A stretch of DNA of 63,850 bases, filler included, from Lenisia limosa (Eukaryota > Protista > Breviatea): assembly GCA_001655205.1 (NCBI GenBank). It is 10 parts of 10 records of this genome, joined end to end, with 100 filler letters (N's around TTAATTAATTAA, not from the genome) between each part and the next. Parts side by side here need not be neighbours in the genome. Positions count along the whole stretch, not along the records: positions 1 to 8,279 come from LPNZ01002804.1; positions 8,380 to 18,327 come from LPNZ01011589.1; 8 more parts are not named here. One strand, 5' to 3'. The translations under genes and the position numbers were made by a program. The notes below the pieces were generated by a model. That model worked only from the letters and a program-made list of their open reading frames with translations. It ran no database searches and was not told where the DNA came from. Shown one piece after another: positions 1-13,260 of the stretch (its first letter is position 1; every line of letters begins with the position of its first letter).

Positions 1-364
1 AATAGTAAGGATGACAACGTTGGATTTAAAGTGGCTTCTTAATAAACAGCAATCTCAATAAAGGTGAGTCTGGGTTTATCAAACTGTAAAGCAGAGCAAC
101 CCGTGAGAAAAATTATGACCTTCGATAGTGCAAAATATCCAAACATAAAAACAAGAACAATAAAGGGAATATAATACTTAAATTGAAAAAAAATAGCTAT
201 CATCAACCCCCCCCCCCCNNNNNNNNNNNNNNNNNNNNNNNNNNNNNNNNNNNNNNNNNNNNNNNNNNNNNNNNNNNNNNNNNNNNNNNNNNNNNNNNNN
301 NNNNNNNNNNNNNNNNNNNNNNNNNNNNNNNNNNNNNNNNNNNNNNNNNNNNNNNNNNNNNNNN

Positions 365-644
365 GGGTCCTTGCCCTCGATTTTGTCGGGATGGTACGCA
401 AGGGACATAGCCTTGTCTGAGGAGAAAGTGAGATGTTAAAACACCGATGTCATCATCATTGTGGTATGCTTTATCAAGATGTGCAATCGAATATATCTTA
501 TCAGCTTATCAGCTGCCCAACATACACTGTTTGTTGATGATATCGAGGTCAGCCTCGAGTCCAAGATCCTCAATGTTGAGAATGTGGTAATGCATAGGGT
601 TGTTGCGCACAATCTCGTCGAGCTGTTCCTTGGTCTTAGGAAGG
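365..644 (-). CDS. J-domain (DnaJ/Hsp40-type) protein, two exons resolved (644-526, 416-365); gene probably extends upstream to ~1420 and downstream into the gap
   Basis: Splicing the GT-AG intron 525-417 gives LPKTKEQLDEIVRNNPMHYHILNIEDLGLEADLDIINKQYKAMSLAYHPDKIEGKD, a typical J-domain with YxxL...YK.MSL.YHPDK. Confidence 0.8.
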
Positions 645-1649
645 CTAAAGAATCAGACGATATTTGTGGGAATGAGAAAAATAACGAGGGTAACTGACCA
701 AAGCTGTCCATATTATCACGCGTATAAGATAGGTCGCTTATATAGATAACCCAGTCATTTGCGTTGTGTCTCTCTTCAGCTTTCTGTCACCACCCCCCCC
801 CCCCANNNNNNNNNNNNNNNNNNNNNNNNNNNNNNNNNNNNNNNNNNNNNNNNNNNNNNNNNNNNNNNNNNNNNNNNNNNNNNNNNNNNNNNNNNNNNNN
901 NNNNNNNNNNTGAACAACCACTCATATTCATCATATAGAAGTCCCATCTCCCACCTGCGGGGGTCGATTTCAACCTTGGTGTTTGAGGCGGCATCCTATA
1001 AATGGTTATGACTGCACAGAATTGTAAGTTAATGGAAGATTGTTGATCACATGTTGCTTTCAAGATTATTGACTAAACGCTGACTAATAGGATCTAATTT
1101 TCAAATAGTCTCTAAAATAGCCCCAGGAAGAGAGAAGACCAACCTTGGTGGCCCAGAGACGAGAGTCAAAAGACATCCATTTCTCTAAGAGAGGTCAGAC
1201 GACCTAAGATGTTGATAGCTTACTCTCTGTGGCATAGTGGACCCATTGTTCGTAGACAGAGCCACAAGGCTGAAGACCCTTCATGGGAGCGACGGGAGCT
1301 GGGATAGTTAGCTTAATTATGCTATTTTAGTTGCTTAAAAACGAGGAGAGTGCAGATTGAAGGGATATATCATGCTCACCGGCAAGCTTCGCAATCGCCT
1401 TTGAAGAGGCCTTTTTGGAGGGAGGAATAACAGTTAAACGACCCATTTTGAAGACGAGAACGTTAAAAAGGCTTTCATTTCAAAAACAAAATATTTAAAT
1501 ATACACTGGTCCAATACTTGTCCTTTCAGTGTTTGCCCATTGCCTTTACTCTATCTCGCTCTCTCATTTCTTGCTCTTCATTATATCATCTTCATCTCTT
1601 CATCAATATAATATCATCCAGCTGAGTTGAAACACATCTTCTCATCACG

Positions 1650-3290
1650 ATGTGGACGATACTTTTTCTAGTGCTGTTCTGCAGCGGTGTCACCCCATTT
1701 AGCCTTGAAACTAGTCACAATATCAAGGTAGGGAGATGGGGTGCTACTTATTTAACAAATTCGGACGATTGCTTATTTTCAAAATTGATTGTGATTTTCC
1801 CTATTCCGACATATTCGGAATATGGAGATATTTCCAAGCTTCCATGGGAAAACCTTTCATTTAGGGATAATTGCTTCTTTGATGATTCATATCCATTACT
1901 CCCCAGATTGAGAGCGCCGATATCACTACATTATCTGCGGACAGCATCACTGTCACAACCCTCAACTCTCCGGTCATTGATGAACTCAATCAGCAGATTC
2001 AGAATTTGACAACTGAGGTTGGCTAGCATTAGAAGAAAACTGTATGTAAAACATTCAGAGGCCCATCTTCGATGTGATAAGTTGATAAATAGCTATAATT
2101 GCTCTATTGACTTGGTGAATTTGACGCGGCATATTGTATGTAAACTTAATATCTTTCGTTTTTGAAAATCCAAATCTGTCACCTCTAAACAGGTCACCAA
2201 ATTGAGGAGAGCCTTGTTTATGAGTACCTGCGAACAGTTAGCTGGATTAATCTATGTTTCGATTTTGTAGTTGTAATGAAACTCACTATAGCTGTTATAC
2301 TTTTTTTGATTTGGTTACAATGGCACCTGTAATCAATACTATCTGTTGGAGAGGCGGAACGGCATTTGACTGTTTTCAGCAAGTCTAGTGATGGACTGTA
2401 CTGCTATGCATTGGTTCAAGAGTCCCTTTCCTATGACAATGCACAGTTGAGATGCGCCGAACTTTTCACTGATGTTTGTGGTGGTCTCAATGAATTCTTG
2501 ATATCGTTATTTTCGAGTATTGACGTGAGATTCACTTCATAATACTTCAGGGTGAATTGGCAATTCCTCACTCTGTGGAGGATTCGAATCTACTATACAG
2601 CTTGGCAGAAGCCAAGTCGCTAACCGGCCATTTTTATTTTGGCATTGATGACCGCACTACCGAGGTGATAATGGATCGAAGATGTCAACAATACTGGACT
2701 AAAAAAAACCAAGATGTATAATACCAAATCATATCAGAGCTAAATACATCAAGTGCAGAAATGAGAATAACCATTCTATGTCATTTAATGGCCTGTGGAG
2801 GGGGCTCTACAGTGATTCAAGTGATTTTATCAAACGGAGCACGCAGAAAGCTGTGCACAGGTTGTAAGGCAAATGATTGGTTAATATTATACTATAATCC
2901 AATATCTCTTCTAAGCGTGATGGTGTGGTCGGCTTCGGCCAGATCATCTTTATTTTTTTTATTTCTCATTGCTATATATTTTCTGACATGTATAGGGTGA
3001 GTTTTTCACAACGAAAGGCGAGCTTTTCTACTCCGCAGTAACCGGCTACTCAGATGCTTTTACTATGCGGTGAGGAGTGGTTATAATTTGGCTCTAGCTT
3101 CTATGTCCCAAAAAGAGCACTGATGCAGAGGACCCCTTCTTTCCATTTTTCGTCTCACCAGCAGATTTGGTACAGATCAGCCAAATGATGCTGGAGCGGG
3201 AGAAGATTGTCTTGGCGAATATATCGGACTCGGTATTAATGACTTCCCATGCGAGTTTGTGGGGATTTCATTCAAACAGTTAAAGGACTG
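1650..3290 (+). CDS. Secreted C-type lectin domain protein (multi-exon, boundaries approximate)
   Basis: Signal-like start MWTILFLVLFCSG. Exons encode YCYALVQESLSYDNAQLRCA (~2395-2460), GELAIPHSVEDSNLL...FYFGIDDRTTE (~2550-2665) and FGTDQPNDAGAGEDC...INDFPC (~3165-3252), matching the CTLD consensus. Confidence 0.7.
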
Positions 3291-3959
3291 ATGTATGAGT
3301 GAATATATCAAGTAAAACACTTATATTTACACATTCATCCGAATCCAGAACACTGTTTTTTTCTAATTGGCCACATTGGATCAAAATAACTTGACACAAT
3401 AGCATTTGTTTAAAAAAGTTGTCAAATTATCTTATTTTTGACTTGGTTTAGTGGTGCCCCATCGTTCTACTGCCAATACTGACGACTTGAAAATATTATG
3501 TTTTAATGTTTTGTATTATTGTATGTTGATACTCTACTTTAAAACTTCTGGCATTATTTTTGGTTTTGTAATCTATCTCAAAACCATTAAATATAGGTAC
3601 AGGAAACAGGGGGTGAGATGGACTCAACTTAATTCGCACATCTCAAAGGAGTCTTCAGTGGTATACTTGCCTGGGTAATTAGAAAATTGGACTGCAAAAC
3701 CCTGTAGCCGATGGTTTATCAGGCTCATTCCAAGATTATATCATGCATTGATATGGTTTCAATGATATTGCCTGTCATACCGCAGAGTTGGAGTAGTGCT
3801 CTGCTGTAGTTCATTGGAAGGTGGTCAATGACATTGGTCGTCATAAGCACCTTTGCAGACTTCAGCTTACTGTTATCTAAAAAATAAATATCTTCATGAA
3901 AAATAGTCTAAAAAGTGGACAGACAATAATAACACTGCAATGTTCTTTACCCCATCCGT

Positions 3960-6230
3960 CAAGTAATATGACGACCAATTCTCTTCCACTTTAAGCAGAC
4001 CGTCTTTGGAGAACAATGCAAAGCCACGAGCGATCTTCTCCCACTCCTGTTGGAAGAACGGGACTGAAGGAGGTTTTGAGGAAACCGAAAGTTTCTGAAA
4101 TGTGATTGGTTGGAAATATTATCTGTCTTTTCACATCATGAGCTAAGGTAGTTAGCATAAGAATACTGTTCAACCTATCATAAAATATTTCTTATTAGTT
4201 GAATAATGATGGATACCCTTCTAAAGGCATAGTCAGTTCACAGTCTTACCATATTTTTGTCGAAATAGTAGCATGGCCCCATGTCGTCCGAATAATCCTC
4301 TGCCCTTAATTGTTAGTGCAGGTTGCTGTTTGAATCTCTGTTCCTTCTAAGATAGTTTGATCATCAATAAAATACAGAATGAAAACACACAAACTAACAA
4401 TTTGCTATTCGGATCCTTTGACAAGTTGAAAGCAACAGAGGCCAATAACGGAAGCTCTGAATTGATCATGATTTGAGACATTTTTCAGAACATGGCTCAA
4501 ATGGTTGAGAAATACGCGGACATTTTTTAGTTATCAGCGTGACGGTTGGAACAACGTAAGACTTATTCTGAATTCTACTATTGGTCAGGCAAACCTATGT
4601 CAGGGATTCTTGCCACAATGTCGGAGTGGTTAACTACTCGAAAGAGACGGTTTTTGTAGTGGTGCCTCATTGCCCTATATAATGTCATTGCAAGCAGTTT
4701 TTTTTATTTGCCTTAAGAATTTATGTATGGTTATATGCAAACCTTGAAGCAGCACCCCCCCCCCCTCCAAACTCTGAAAGTGCCTTATTGCCGACGCGAG
4801 GGCTTCCAAATGTGTAAATGCCGTCAACTAGATCTCCCAATCCGTGCTTGGCCATCTGAAAGACGGGAGTGAATTTATAGAAAAGGGGACAGTGAATATG
4901 TACGTGACGATGCACGCAGAAAGCAGTGTACAGGATTTTAAGGTGAATGATTTGGTGAATTAATCTTATTACGTGTCAGCATACCAAGGCAGCGACTAAG
5001 AAGGCTCGTGCTCCACCCAAACTGTGTCCAGTTATATACAGCCGTCTTTTGGGATCTTCATTCTTGTACTATCACGGTCAAACAAATAACAATAGTATAT
5101 ATCCCAATGGATTTTCCTAATAGATGCACTCCTTGGCAAGCCCAACAAATTTCTTTATTAGGCGACAGAAGAAAAACATACGCTTTTGAGAATGAAGAGA
5201 TACTCAAACTGTGCAAACTAATATGATATGAAAGAAAGATAATACGAGGTGAGACCGATGCCACATAACACGAGGTGAGAATGATATCACATAACACGAG
5301 ATGAGACCGATGCCACATAACACGAGGTGAGACAGGTACCACATAGTATTTTAAAGATAGTTTCTAATTTTGGTACAATATGATTCAACGAGGGGTCTCG
5401 AATAATACACAGATTGTGAGTTGAATTTTGGAATATTGAGTTCCTTCCTAAAAGGACAGTGAATCGATATCATATATTATATTCAGAACTCATCGAATAT
5501 TTCAGTCTTATTGTGAGTTAAGAAACACAACATACCTTCAACGCAGTGGAAACATATCGGGTCCAGTGGGGGACAATACTGCAGTTTTTCCTTGAGGAAG
5601 TAAACGGAATGGCTTTTATAAATACAACATATTTCACTGGAAATACGCATTATAGTGCATTAACATTATAAAATTAGGGATTTGAGATGTATAATTAGAC
5701 ATTTATCAGTTAACAATCATCAACAGAAATTTCATTCGATTCATCCCCAGCATACCCAACTGGGTCGATTTGAGTGCCGTATTTGTCCCTTCCCATCAAT
5801 GGATACCTGGGGATGATAAACATCTCTGAAGATGTATACAATACCCAGAATCAATAATATTGTTTTAAAAAAAATTCCAATTAACATGGGTGAATATCGA
5901 TATTATACTCAAGCCTACAGGAAGCCTCTATGAGCGCGTGCTTCCTTCCAAAGCGAAAGCTCCTGATTCTCTACGATGGATAACAAATATACTATGATTA
6001 ATAACCGGTTTTCTATGATGGGATAACAAGATAAGTTTCTTAATAATATGATAATTACCTGTTTGATGCCGGTGTATTTGTTGAAATGATGACATAAAAA
6101 TAAGACTCAAAAAAATCGAAATCCTAAAGATTCTCATACCTACTACATGAGGTGCAGGGTACTGTAATTCAATGGACTTTGTTGGGTCTTCTCTTTTGAC
6201 CAGGGGATCAGCCCCGAACAGTCCCGTAAC
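3960..6230 (-). CDS. Class-3 (fungal-type) triacylglycerol lipase, multi-exon; ends approximate
   Basis: LYITGHSLGGARA (GHSLGG at 5029-5012), GIYTFGSPRVGN (~4820-4788) and LFRVVNHSDIVARIP (~4650-4605) occur in the expected order on GT-AG bounded exons. Confidence 0.85.
5243..5345. repeat. Tandem minisatellite, ~4 x 26 bp (ACATAACACGAGGTGAGACCGATGCC), in the lipase locus
   Basis: Direct reading; units abut with no unique spacers. Confidence 0.9.
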
Positions 6231-7144
6231 TATGAGTATTATTTTTTGCAGAAAAACTCATTCGTTCAACAGAAACACAGAATCGAGATAAAACAAGGAT
6301 TAAGTTGGTTCAATCTTTTGATTTGCACATTAATTTATAATACTTATAACATTGACCCATCAGGATAACACTGCAGTGTAGTTTTTCAAAATAAAAAAGA
6401 CCACTAAAATTGCCAAGAATTGGCCTAAATGAAGCTAATAGGCAAAGAGTGCAATAGATAGACAATGGGGCAGTTTTGCTTGTGCGGAGCCCTGTATATT
6501 TGCACAGAATTGTTAATTATCTTCGGGTAATGTAAAAACAAAATTCTACTCGAAAAAAATACCCCTTAACCAACCCCAGTTTGAAGTGTTATGCACCACA
6601 TTAGTCACAGATGTAAGAATCGACGACATTTGGTCCGCTGGAGTCACGGCGGTATGGTCTAAAGAAACCTGTTTGGTGAGGTCTTGAGAACAGTATTGCA
6701 TCTTTATAGAGATGCATTTCAACCTACCATTTGGATTCGTGCGTCAACAAACCAATCTTTAACACTGGCGGATCCTCGAAAAGCGATAACAATTGCCTAT
6801 AGTATGAACAAGTCTAAAGTTAAGTAAGATTTACTGCGCTTTTGGAAAACAATGTTGCTTCAGCGTTACAATATCAAGTTGGGGGTTGACTATTCTGAGT
6901 TCTCTCTTGCTATCATATCACATGATACTATTGTGTGATTTTGTATAATACATGAGCGAGGTAACTATGTGAATCCTTCGCTTCACCTCGTCATTTGCCA
7001 AAACACTTGCGTAGACTTCGCCATCATTCAAGCCTTCAATCCGATCCTCAAAAAAGTGAACCTACTTGGATTAGTCAGTAACATTACATGCAGTATTTGA
7101 GAGGGGGGTATGAAGGAGTGCCTCAGTATAATGTAATAATAACC

Positions 7145-7220
7145 TAGGGCTTCACTTACGTTCGAAAAAAGACTGTAATTCTCGATATATCCTCGAAAAC
7201 TATCGATATTTTACTGGATT
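7145..7220. mobile_element. MITE family A, partial copy
   Basis: TAGGGCTTCACTTACGTTCGAAAAAAGACTG... matches the copies at 24051, 31635 and 49623; the right TIR is missing. Confidence 0.7.
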
Positions 7221-8323
7221 GTTTTACTCCATACACCACCCCACATTGCCATTTGAACAAACTCCTGCAGCGGGGGTGTCCTCGATAACGGCTGTTCTGG
7301 TCGCTGTACTCGCCAGGCGAACATCGTGGTCGTTGAATGTATCAAAGCTGGGATACATAATGAGTGTATGAAAGGTTATTCAATCAAAATGTAAGGTGAT
7401 ACATTTATTGAAGGGGTTGTTGATAGAATGCAGAATGTAGCCAAATGAAAAGTAACATGAGGAAGTATTATAAGTTCACTAAAAGTGGCACATTTAATTA
7501 CCAATCATGTCAAATATATCATAGTAAATCAAATTTAAGCCTACCCCCATTTGTCAAATATATCAAGGCATATAGAAGGAGGTTCGTAAGATGCCTATAA
7601 CGGTTAAAAAACCAAGGAAATTGCTCAATAAGTGAGAATAAAGAGGTTGCTGTTCATCAGATTGTACATTCTTGTTCTCCTACCTGGCACAAAAGAGCCA
7701 ATGAAGACGCTACGTCAGCATCAAATCCCCCATTGGGCTATATGATGAGTTAAAGTCTAATTCCGAATAAAAAGACAGATGTCATGTTTAAGATTTCTCT
7801 TTCAATCTGTATTGGGATCAGCAAGAGAAGCTTTACTCCTATTATACATAGCTACATATGATATGGAATTGGATTGATAACATATATTGGCAGTATTAAA
7901 AGGGCATGCTTCCCACATACAAAACTAGTGTCAATGCAGACATCCTCCCGCATCTACAAAATGGTCATAACAAAGGTTTGAAACCAGAAATTTTGATTAG
8001 AGGACATATGGGAGATTCATTTTCTTTATCTCAAAGCCATAGTAATTTATTCTGTTTATTGTGAATTTATCTAAACACTCAGAATCGAGGCTTTTACAGT
8101 TGGAGTGTATATTTTGAGTTTTCCACACTTTCAGTCTATTTATAGAATCGAAAAATGATACTCAAAGAATGATTACTAGCTTATAAAGCGATTAAATTAA
8201 CTTGCCGGGAGAAGGGTTAATACCAACAATATGATCAGACAAAAATATTAGCAAGAAGACATCATGATTAACACATTTANNNNNNNNNNNNNNNNNNNNN
8301 NNNNNNNNNNNNNNNNNNNNNNN

Positions 8324-8335
8324 TTAATTAATTAA
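8324..8335. other. Artificial scaffold-joining linker TTAATTAATTAA
   Basis: Flanked by 44 N on each side; stops in all six frames. Confidence 0.97.
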
Positions 8336-8379
8336 NNNNNNNNNNNNNNNNNNNNNNNNNNNNNNNNNNNNNNNNNNNN

Positions 8380-9400
8380 GGGGTTTGTTTTAGTAATAGT
8401 TTTTCATATCGGGTTTGTTCTGGATAAATTTGGGGTTGTTTGTATCCGACTCATTCCAGTCACCGGAGTATATTCAGGCAGTGTGGGCAGTGAGATGGTC
8501 TTGAAATAATTGAGAATGTTCTTCAATAGAGTGATTATAAGCCGGTAATATATTTCATCGTATACAAGAGCGTCAGTAGCCTCAAGACCATAAATGCGTG
8601 CTCTAATGGAATTTGCACTCTGTATGGCAGTGCTATCTATTATTTTATCTTAATAATTGTTTCTTGTACATATCCTTTAGTACAAACATCGTTATCATTT
8701 ATAGGCAATCCTACGTTTACTCATCGTTTTCCACTAATGTCGAAGTTTGAGTTTTCATCTAAAATAAACCCAATCCCAGGCACACCTTGTTCTCCTTGAG
8801 TAGGTGACGTAGTGGTGTCAGTACCAATTTGAATAGCACCAGTTTCATTCCAGTCATTTGAGTATTCAATTTTTTTTTAAAAAAATTATTATTTAATCTA
8901 TAATTAATACAATAGTTGTGTAATCCCTTAATCCTGCGCCAAATGTAATCAAGTTCTCTGACATATCGGTTAACTTTATTTTTATTAATAGTGTTTTTTA
9001 CCATTGTTTTTGGAAATTTGCTTAGATTTTCTTGTGTGTAGCTTACTAAACTACCCGTTGTACCAGTAAAAGGCATTATTTCTAATATATTGCTAAATTT
9101 ATCTTGATTGTACTGTGTTTCCACTACGTTACATCTTATATAAACGTTAATGATTCAGCCATGAACACCTTATTAACTATCTTATCGACAAGAACACCTT
9201 CTTCTACTATCTGGATTGTTTCTGTAGTTTCGACAAGAGTACTTGATAAAAACCCAAAGAAATCTGTCAGTGCTAATAAATTTAGGGTTACACCATCTAA
9301 CAGCTCAATACCAACCTTATGTTTTGTAGTATGTATGACTATAGTTAATCAATCAACAGGAAGTTCTCTTATATATAAAACAATTCATTTATTTTGTGTT
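8380..9400 (-). other. AT-rich, apparently intronless decayed coding segment, possibly of viral origin
   Basis: Broken minus-strand frames, ORF 9124-8759, and the peptide DWNESDTNNPKFIQNKPD at 8461-8408, which resembles a tail-fibre repeat motif. Confidence 0.35.
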
Positions 9401-9596
9401 TAATTGATCAAAAGAGTTGTACACACTCGTCGGTATATATCTCTCGTACGTCACACCTAAATAGGTAACACTGAGTTTATTATTGCCCTCATGCATATTA
9501 TATATCTATATGATATATATATGTATGTAATTGGTGAAGTCAGTAAGTTTAAACGTATCCTTGAATCAACTGGTACTATCATAGCAAAAATAATTT

Positions 9597-10202
9597 TTAA
9601 AATTTATTATTTTTATTTATTTTGACTGATACTCCCAGCAAAGGCAGTGATAGCCCAAGGACAGGGATAAGAAAAAACGCAACGACTGTGCCTGTACCGA
9701 TAAGAACACCACGCTTCTTTACCTTTTTATAAATACTCCCAATATTAAGTTGTCCGTTTTGTTTACGCAACCCTTCTCTGTACTCTTTATTCATTAAAAT
9801 TTTAACAGCGTAAAAACCAAAAAGCACCGGTTTTTGTGGACGGGGATGTAATACAATAACAATGATATATTATACATGTATGTATACATGTATGTGGGTC
9901 GTCATAGTGCCGAACAGCACTCAGAATGAACTGGACACATCAAAACTCCCAGACAAACTTAAGTTGATCTCCTTCTCACCAGTAAAATGGACATTTGTCC
10001 CCAAAGTATTTCTACGGATTGTGGTTATTTCTAGTTTTCGGTGTTTTGGTAATTTTTTCATCACTAATTTCAGACGTGAAAAGCTTGGTCTGGAGTCTTG
10101 AATGTTGCCCGGTACTCTGACTATAAGTCTTATGGTAGCATAAGTAAATACAATAAAGTACCCTTCTGCCATTTGCGCACTTTCATTCCCTATTGCGTAC
10201 AA
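9597..10202 (-). CDS. Unknown membrane protein (partial, spliced)
   Basis: Open frames 10202-9921 and 9827-9597, the latter with hydrophobic GVLIGTGTVVAFFLIPVLGLSLPLLGVS; short GT-AG intron candidates. No family recognised. Confidence 0.35.
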
Positions 10203-10589
10203 CCCTCCGAAGGAATTGCTCTACTGCCAGCCATTGCCTGGATCGGTCACTGAGTGTAACCACTGTTCCGCATCTATTTAAAATCCCTCTTTGAACAATC
10301 ATATATGACTGCCCCGCCTAAATCTCCAAAGCAAGAGGATGAAGGCAGGACTCGCATACTCGATACTCCTTGTAGATAATCGCTCAGTGATGCAAATGGA
10401 ACACCCGATGACCCGACAAAAACAATCGGGTGTCGGCTCTATCAACTTCAACTCAAGAATGAAAAGTGTTTGATTAAATGCCCTCGATCTTTTTTTTCTC
10501 CTGTCATGTTCTTCATCATTATCCTCTACATCTTTTATATAACTTTGTAACTTTAGTAATTTTTAGGTTTTAGATAGTTCACGCGTACA

Positions 10590-11863
10590 ATATCTTGGTG
10601 AAAGAATTCAACGGCCTTGCCGAACTTGATGATGAAGCTGATGAGAAGCAAGCCATTGGTTCATCCAAAAAGGAAAAGAAGAAATTGATGTACCGCATGG
10701 GAGATGCAACTCTTGAGCTTGCACAAGAAAGGCGTAGCCAATTGTTCAGGTGGCTCAGACCTCTTTGATGAGTTGAAAGACCTTCTCAGAGCAAGGCTGG
10801 AGAAGTTTGCCAAGTTAGAGCTCACAGCTCAAGACCTTTCCTGCCCTGCTCGCTAGTCTATACTGAACATATTCGTTGATTTTTGTTTCATCGATTTTAA
10901 CCCAATTAGTTTTTCGTTTATCAAATTTTTTTTTTGAATAACAAACACTTCTACCTTGTCGTTTTCATTATTGTACATTTCTTTTAGTTTTCTTGCAGTT
11001 GCCTTGAACTCCTTAAACTTAATTTGTTCTTCAGGAATGTTTTCTTCAGCACCGCGTTCACCATTAATGGTATTTTCTATTAATGTTTTTTTATCAGTAT
11101 GCTTTTTACATGGCTTTTTTCTATCTTCATAATTTGTAAAGGGTGTAATCGTGGGCCGATTCGGATTGTTTTGAGTTAGAATTTCTGGGTATGGCATTAT
11201 TTTAAAGAATTTTTTAACTGAATTTGTCATCTTTGGATGTCATCAAAGCAAGCCAAGAGATTGAAAAGCAAAGATACTTGAAATTCTGGAAAGGGAAGAA
11301 AAGGAAAGGAGAAAGACAAGGTTGAAAGAACAAAAAGAAAAGAAAAGTAGAAGGCTACAAAGGCAAAGCAGCGAGAAGAATCGAGGATTCGAAGATTAGA
11401 AGAAAGAGAGAAAAAAGAGGAAGCAAAGAGAATTGCCGCTCAGAAAAGGGACCAATTGAAGATTCACAAGTTCATAAAGAAAACAAAGGCAACCGAAGAC
11501 AAGAAGAAGAGAAGAAGGACCAAAACAGCAACTATTGACTCAGAAAGTGACGACGACAGTAACGGCCACGAGGAGGAAAATCATCAAATCGTTGATGTAA
11601 TTGATGTAAGGTCCGACGGTCAAGGATATTTTGTTGTTGAGGACACGGACATCTTTAATCTCTGCACAACCAATTGTTTTTTGGGGATTGGTTCCACATT
11701 CAATGTGCCATCAAAAGCAGACAGTTACCTCCTTGCGTCGCCATATCAGATGTCAGTTTTTGATAGTTACCAACAAGGAGCCCTCAACCGCAATCCTGTA
11801 TTTATGCTATTTGAGGTAGGAGTGGCCCTGCTTTTTGTGAGAGTCATTTTATTGTTTTTGTGA
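10590..11863 (+). pseudogene. Frameshifted Lys/Glu-rich coding remnant, possibly a transposase C-terminus, interrupted by an AT-rich insert
   Basis: LVKEFNGLAELDDEADEKQ...FDELKDLLRARLEKFAK before 10853 and LDVIKASQEIEKQR...EREEKERRK after 11230, with several frameshifts. Confidence 0.4.
10853..11230 (-). CDS. Intronless AT-rich hypothetical ORF (125 aa)
   Basis: ATG-to-stop ORF that spans the whole AT-rich block; no motif recognised. Confidence 0.35.
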   Translation of the reverse strand: MTNSVKKFFKIMPYPEILTQNNPNRPTITPFTNYEDRKKPCKKHTDKKTLIENTINGERGAEENIPEEQIKFKEFKATARKLKEMYNNENDKVEVFVIQKKNLINEKLIGLKSMKQKSTNMFSID

Positions 11864-12864
11864 ATGAACATCTCAAAATGACAGAAGGACAGATCCATGA
11901 TGAGCTTTTGTATCGATCACAGCTTGTGACATCCCATCAAACTGCCAAAATTACGGTAATGGCACTTTTTGTACTTTTGTTTCTACAAGAGTCATTTGTT
12001 CACCATTTTATTAACACATAAGAGTCTTAATACTACTTGCGCTGAAGACGAAACACCAAAATTGAACACAAAGATGACCACACAGATAATAAGGTTTGGA
12101 GTTCTTTATGTTAAATCTATTGTGAATTGCTTATGGCACGACGAATACCACCATACCCCCCTCTCCTCTCTTCTATTCAAGCAAGAAAGAAGTCCTAGAT
12201 TTTCATAAATAACTGTACATGAATAGTTTTTTAACCACCAAGAACGACCTATTATCACTGCCGCCGCCGTCAGGTTCTACTTCCTGTTTTGGAAGGCTCA
12301 GAAAGCCAAACCGATGGGTCACCAGAAGATGACCCTAGCTTAGTCGTATTTGTTTTTTGTCTTGTGCATTATTATACTTCCATGTACAATATAGTAAATT
12401 TCATTTTATATCAGCATATTCCTTTTGTTCTGGTTGGATTTGAAAAAAAAGTGTATTATTCATGTCTGTATTATTGATTGGTACTAACCACTTATACCTG
12501 TGATTCATGTTAGTCATACTTTATTTCTTCTTTGATTGTCATGTATTTTTTACTTTTAAAGTTTGCTGCGAATACCACTCTTGGCATTGACAAATATACA
12601 GAACTGGTGGATATAGAATGTGCTAAATTCCATTAATTTCAATAATTATATCACAAAGTGGTGTAAAACAGAGACATTACTATACCCTATGAAGGAATTC
12701 AGCTGATAATCTCACATAAACGATTAAACTCACAATTATTCATTTGTCCCCCCCAATACTATAATTGTATAGATTTGCTAAGAAAAATTAAGCAGACTCC
12801 CGCTTTAAGTTAATCAGACTCCCGCTTTAATGTTCGAGCTTGAGCCCAGTATTATTGATGACTT

Positions 12865-13260
12865 CAGGTTGCAGCGCCTTCACCGAACTCTTTGTGGAAA
12901 GGTCATTCACGCCATCACCAAGGACATTTCGATTTCGCTGATATGAAGGCTTCTGCAGCTATCCGAACGAGTTTGCAGGTGAAAAGCAAGGAGGCAAAAG
13001 AGAAAGCTAAGGATGCATTGGAAGCCAAGGTCGCCAAAGAAGTAGAGGCAAGGTTGAAGAAGAAAGAGAGAAGAAGATGAAGTTGAAGCTGAAAGGACAG
13101 AAAAGAGCAAGAAGGCTAAGACTGACGATCATGTGACCGTCCTTCAGAAGGTTAAGAACAAGCGGAAAGCAAAGGAAAAGAAACAGAAGAAAGAAGTTGC
13201 CTTGAACGAAGCGAGGCAGGTTCAAAAGGCAAAGGAGAAGAGGGATACAGAACTGTGAAA
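12865..13260 (+). pseudogene. Second frameshifted Lys/Glu-rich remnant (transposase-tail-like)
   Basis: VKSKEAKEKAKDALEAKVAKEVEARLKKKERRR...KNKRKAKEKKQKKE with shifts and stops; preceded by a 16-bp direct repeat CAGACTCCCGCTTTAA at 12793 and 12815. Confidence 0.35.

Noticed and set aside
4269-4280. TAGCATGGCCCC resembling U6 snRNA
   Set aside because: Only 12 nt, no ACAGAGA box, and it lies in a lipase exon on the other strand.
5243-5345. CRISPR-like array (also 53205-53335 and 63791-63850)
   Set aside because: Units abut without unique spacers, the context is eukaryotic and no cas genes are present.
6460-6830. Glycosyltransferase (GT31-like) exons, ...IDDIWSAGV
   Set aside because: Exon-like, but the similarity is too weak to assign a family.
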